A stretch of 19,513 nucleotides of DNA. Origin: Candidatus Zixiibacteriota bacterium (GTDB taxonomy: Bacteria; Zixibacteria; MSB-5A5; GN15; FEB-12). The stretch spans positions 1-19,513 of the forward strand of contig JBGSIV010000197.1 in assembly GCA_041742355.1 (NCBI GenBank), given 5' to 3'. Of this stretch, positions 18,075 to 19,513 are shown piece after piece. The first letter of the stretch is position 1, and each line of letters starts with the position of its first letter. Under the pieces are notes generated by a model, which was given only the letters and a program-made list of their open reading frames with translations, ran no database searches and was not told where the DNA came from. The position numbers and the translations under genes were made by a program.

Positions 18075-18935
18075 ATGGCAAAAACAGCGGGCGTGCGGAC
18101 ACAACGGGTGACCATTTGCGGGTTTGGGCTGATCGGGGGGAGTATTGCATACGATCTGAAAAAGGCAGGCGGGCGTCGGGTGGAAATTGTCGCGTTCGAC
18201 CGGCCGTCGGTGCTCAAGGAACTGGGCAAACTCAAGGGGCTGAAGGTTCGTGCCGAAAGCAACCTGGCGAAGGCGGTGGCGGGGGCCGACCTGGTTGTGC
18301 TGGCGGCGCCACACACGGTCAACGAGTCGATCCTGGCCCGTCTGGCGAAGATGAAGGGGTTGACCGACTGCCTGATCGTTGACACCGGGGCGGTGAAGAC
18401 GCCGATTGGCGAGCTGGCGGGGACCCAGTCGTTTCCGGGTGGTACGCAGTTCCTCGGTACGCATCCGATGAGCGGCCGCGAGAAGGCGGGAGCGGCGAAT
18501 GCGATGCCGGGGCTGTTCAGCGGGCGGATCTGGTTCGCCGACGAAGGCGTGCGGCTGAGCGAGTTGAATGCCCTCCGTTGGCAGTGGATGGTTACGGCGA
18601 CCGGGGCAACACCGGCGCTCATCGGCAACGGCCTGCACGATGATCTGATGGCGGAGCTGTCGCACCTGCCGCAGCTGCTGTCGACCGTGCTGGCGGCACA
18701 GGTACAGGAAGACACGATCCAACTGGCCGGGCCGGGACTCGGGTCCATGCTGCGCCTGGCCGGTTCACCTTATAGCGTCTGGTCGGAGATTGTCGACCAG
18801 AATCGCGAGAATATAGTCGGAGCGCTGGAGCGGTACCGTGACAATCTCGATACGGTGATCGGGCTGATCCGGCGGAAAGAATCACTGCAGGACATCTTTG
18901 CGGCCGCAGCGAGGAGTTATAGATGCTTGTCGTAA
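18075..18935 (+). CDS. tyrA: Prephenate/arogenate dehydrogenase
   Basis: Rossmann motif GFGLIGGS, then [18 protein letters not shown]...SHLP and RLA...W. Confidence 0.9.
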   Translation: MAKTAGVRTQRVTICGFGLIGGSIAYDLKKAGGRRVEIVAFDRPSVLKELGKLKGLKVRAESNLAKAVAGADLVVLAAPHTVNESILARLAKMKGLTDCLIVDTGAVKTPIGELAGTQSFPGGTQFLGTHPMSGREKAGAANAMPGLFSGRIWFADEGVRLSELNALRWQWMVTATGATPALIGNGLHDDLMAELSHLPQLLSTVLAAQVQEDTIQLAGPGLGSMLRLAGSPYSVWSEIVDQNRENIVGALERYRDNLDTVIGLIRRKESLQDIFAAAARSYRCLS

Positions 18936-19513
18936 TGGAGACCTCCGCCCCGCAAGAGGCGGTGGAGCATGTCTGCCGATTAATCGAGGAGATGGGACTC
19001 ACGGCTCACCCGATGCCCGGCGCGCAGCGCACGGCGATCGGGGTGACGGGGAACAAATCGCAGGTCGATTCCGACCGGATCATGACCCAGCCGGGAGTCA
19101 AGGAGATCATCCACGTCACCAAGCCCTACAAGCTGGTCAGCCGGGAGTTCTTTCCCGAGGACACAGTGGTGGATGTGGGGGGAGTGAAGGTCGGCGGGCC
19201 GGAGTTCGTGGTCATGGCCGGGCCGTGCTCGGTGGAGAGCTGCGAGCAGACGATGGCGGTCGCGGAGGCGGTGGCGAGGATGGGAGGGAAGATCCTCCGG
19301 GGTGGGGCGTACAAGCCGCGCTCGTCGCCCTATGCGTTCCAGGGGCTGAAGGAAGAGGGACTGAAGATACTGGCCCTGGCCCGGGAGCGGTATGGCCTGA
19401 AGATAGTGACCGAGGCGCTCGATACTGAGACGATCGCGCTGGTTGCCGACTATGCCGACATCATTCAGATCGGCGCGCGCAACATGCAGAATTACACGCT
19501 GCTGCGGCGGGCG
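18923..19513 (+). CDS. aroF: Second type I-beta DAHP synthase; 3' end outside the window
   Basis: Not in the ORF track. Manual translation [17 protein letters not shown]...KPYKLVSRE...AGPCSVES...[15 protein letters not shown]...GARNMQN; GAGGAG SD; overlaps the tyrA stop. Confidence 0.93.
   Translation, partial: MLVVMETSAPQEAVEHVCRLIEEMGLTAHPMPGAQRTAIGVTGNKSQVDSDRIMTQPGVKEIIHVTKPYKLVSREFFPEDTVVDVGGVKVGGPEFVVMAGPCSVESCEQTMAVAEAVARMGGKILRGGAYKPRSSPYAFQGLKEEGLKILALARERYGLKIVTEALDTETIALVADYADIIQIGARNMQNYTLLRRA

Noticed and set aside
16092..18722. Long antisense ORFs (876 aa here; also 9061-10665, 2093-3409 and others)
   Set aside because: Shadow frames of well-supported + strand genes in GC-rich DNA.
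18898..19428. 176-aa + strand ORF in the track
   Set aside because: Wrong frame; the real gene is the second aroF starting at 18923.

Overview
GC-rich bacterial window; the Cys-flanked dockerin on a secreted enzyme suggests, but does not prove, a Zixibacteria-like lineage. Left part: the 5' end of a trehalose-6-phosphate phosphatase (- strand), tRNA-Thr(CGT), a secreted metallophosphoesterase-dockerin, a PLP aminotransferase, an orphan membrane protein in a lower-GC patch and a PhnB/VOC protein. From 5568 to the end runs a tightly coupled aromatic amino acid supra-operon: dapF-like, trpE, trpG, trpD, MFS transporter, trpC, trpF, trpB, trpA, chorismate mutase, aroF, argS, tyrA and a second aroF (truncated by the window). 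The most unusual signal is a set of co-oriented REP-like hairpins from several sequence families, each followed on the + strand by a foot ending in AC (GT-starting on the - strand, often GTAG). They form an intergenic array (5172-5497), a duplicated ~215-bp three-hairpin cassette inside the trp operon (8711-9151), and an in-frame ~40-aa insertion within the dapF-like gene. That gene also has both catalytic cysteines replaced by serine.
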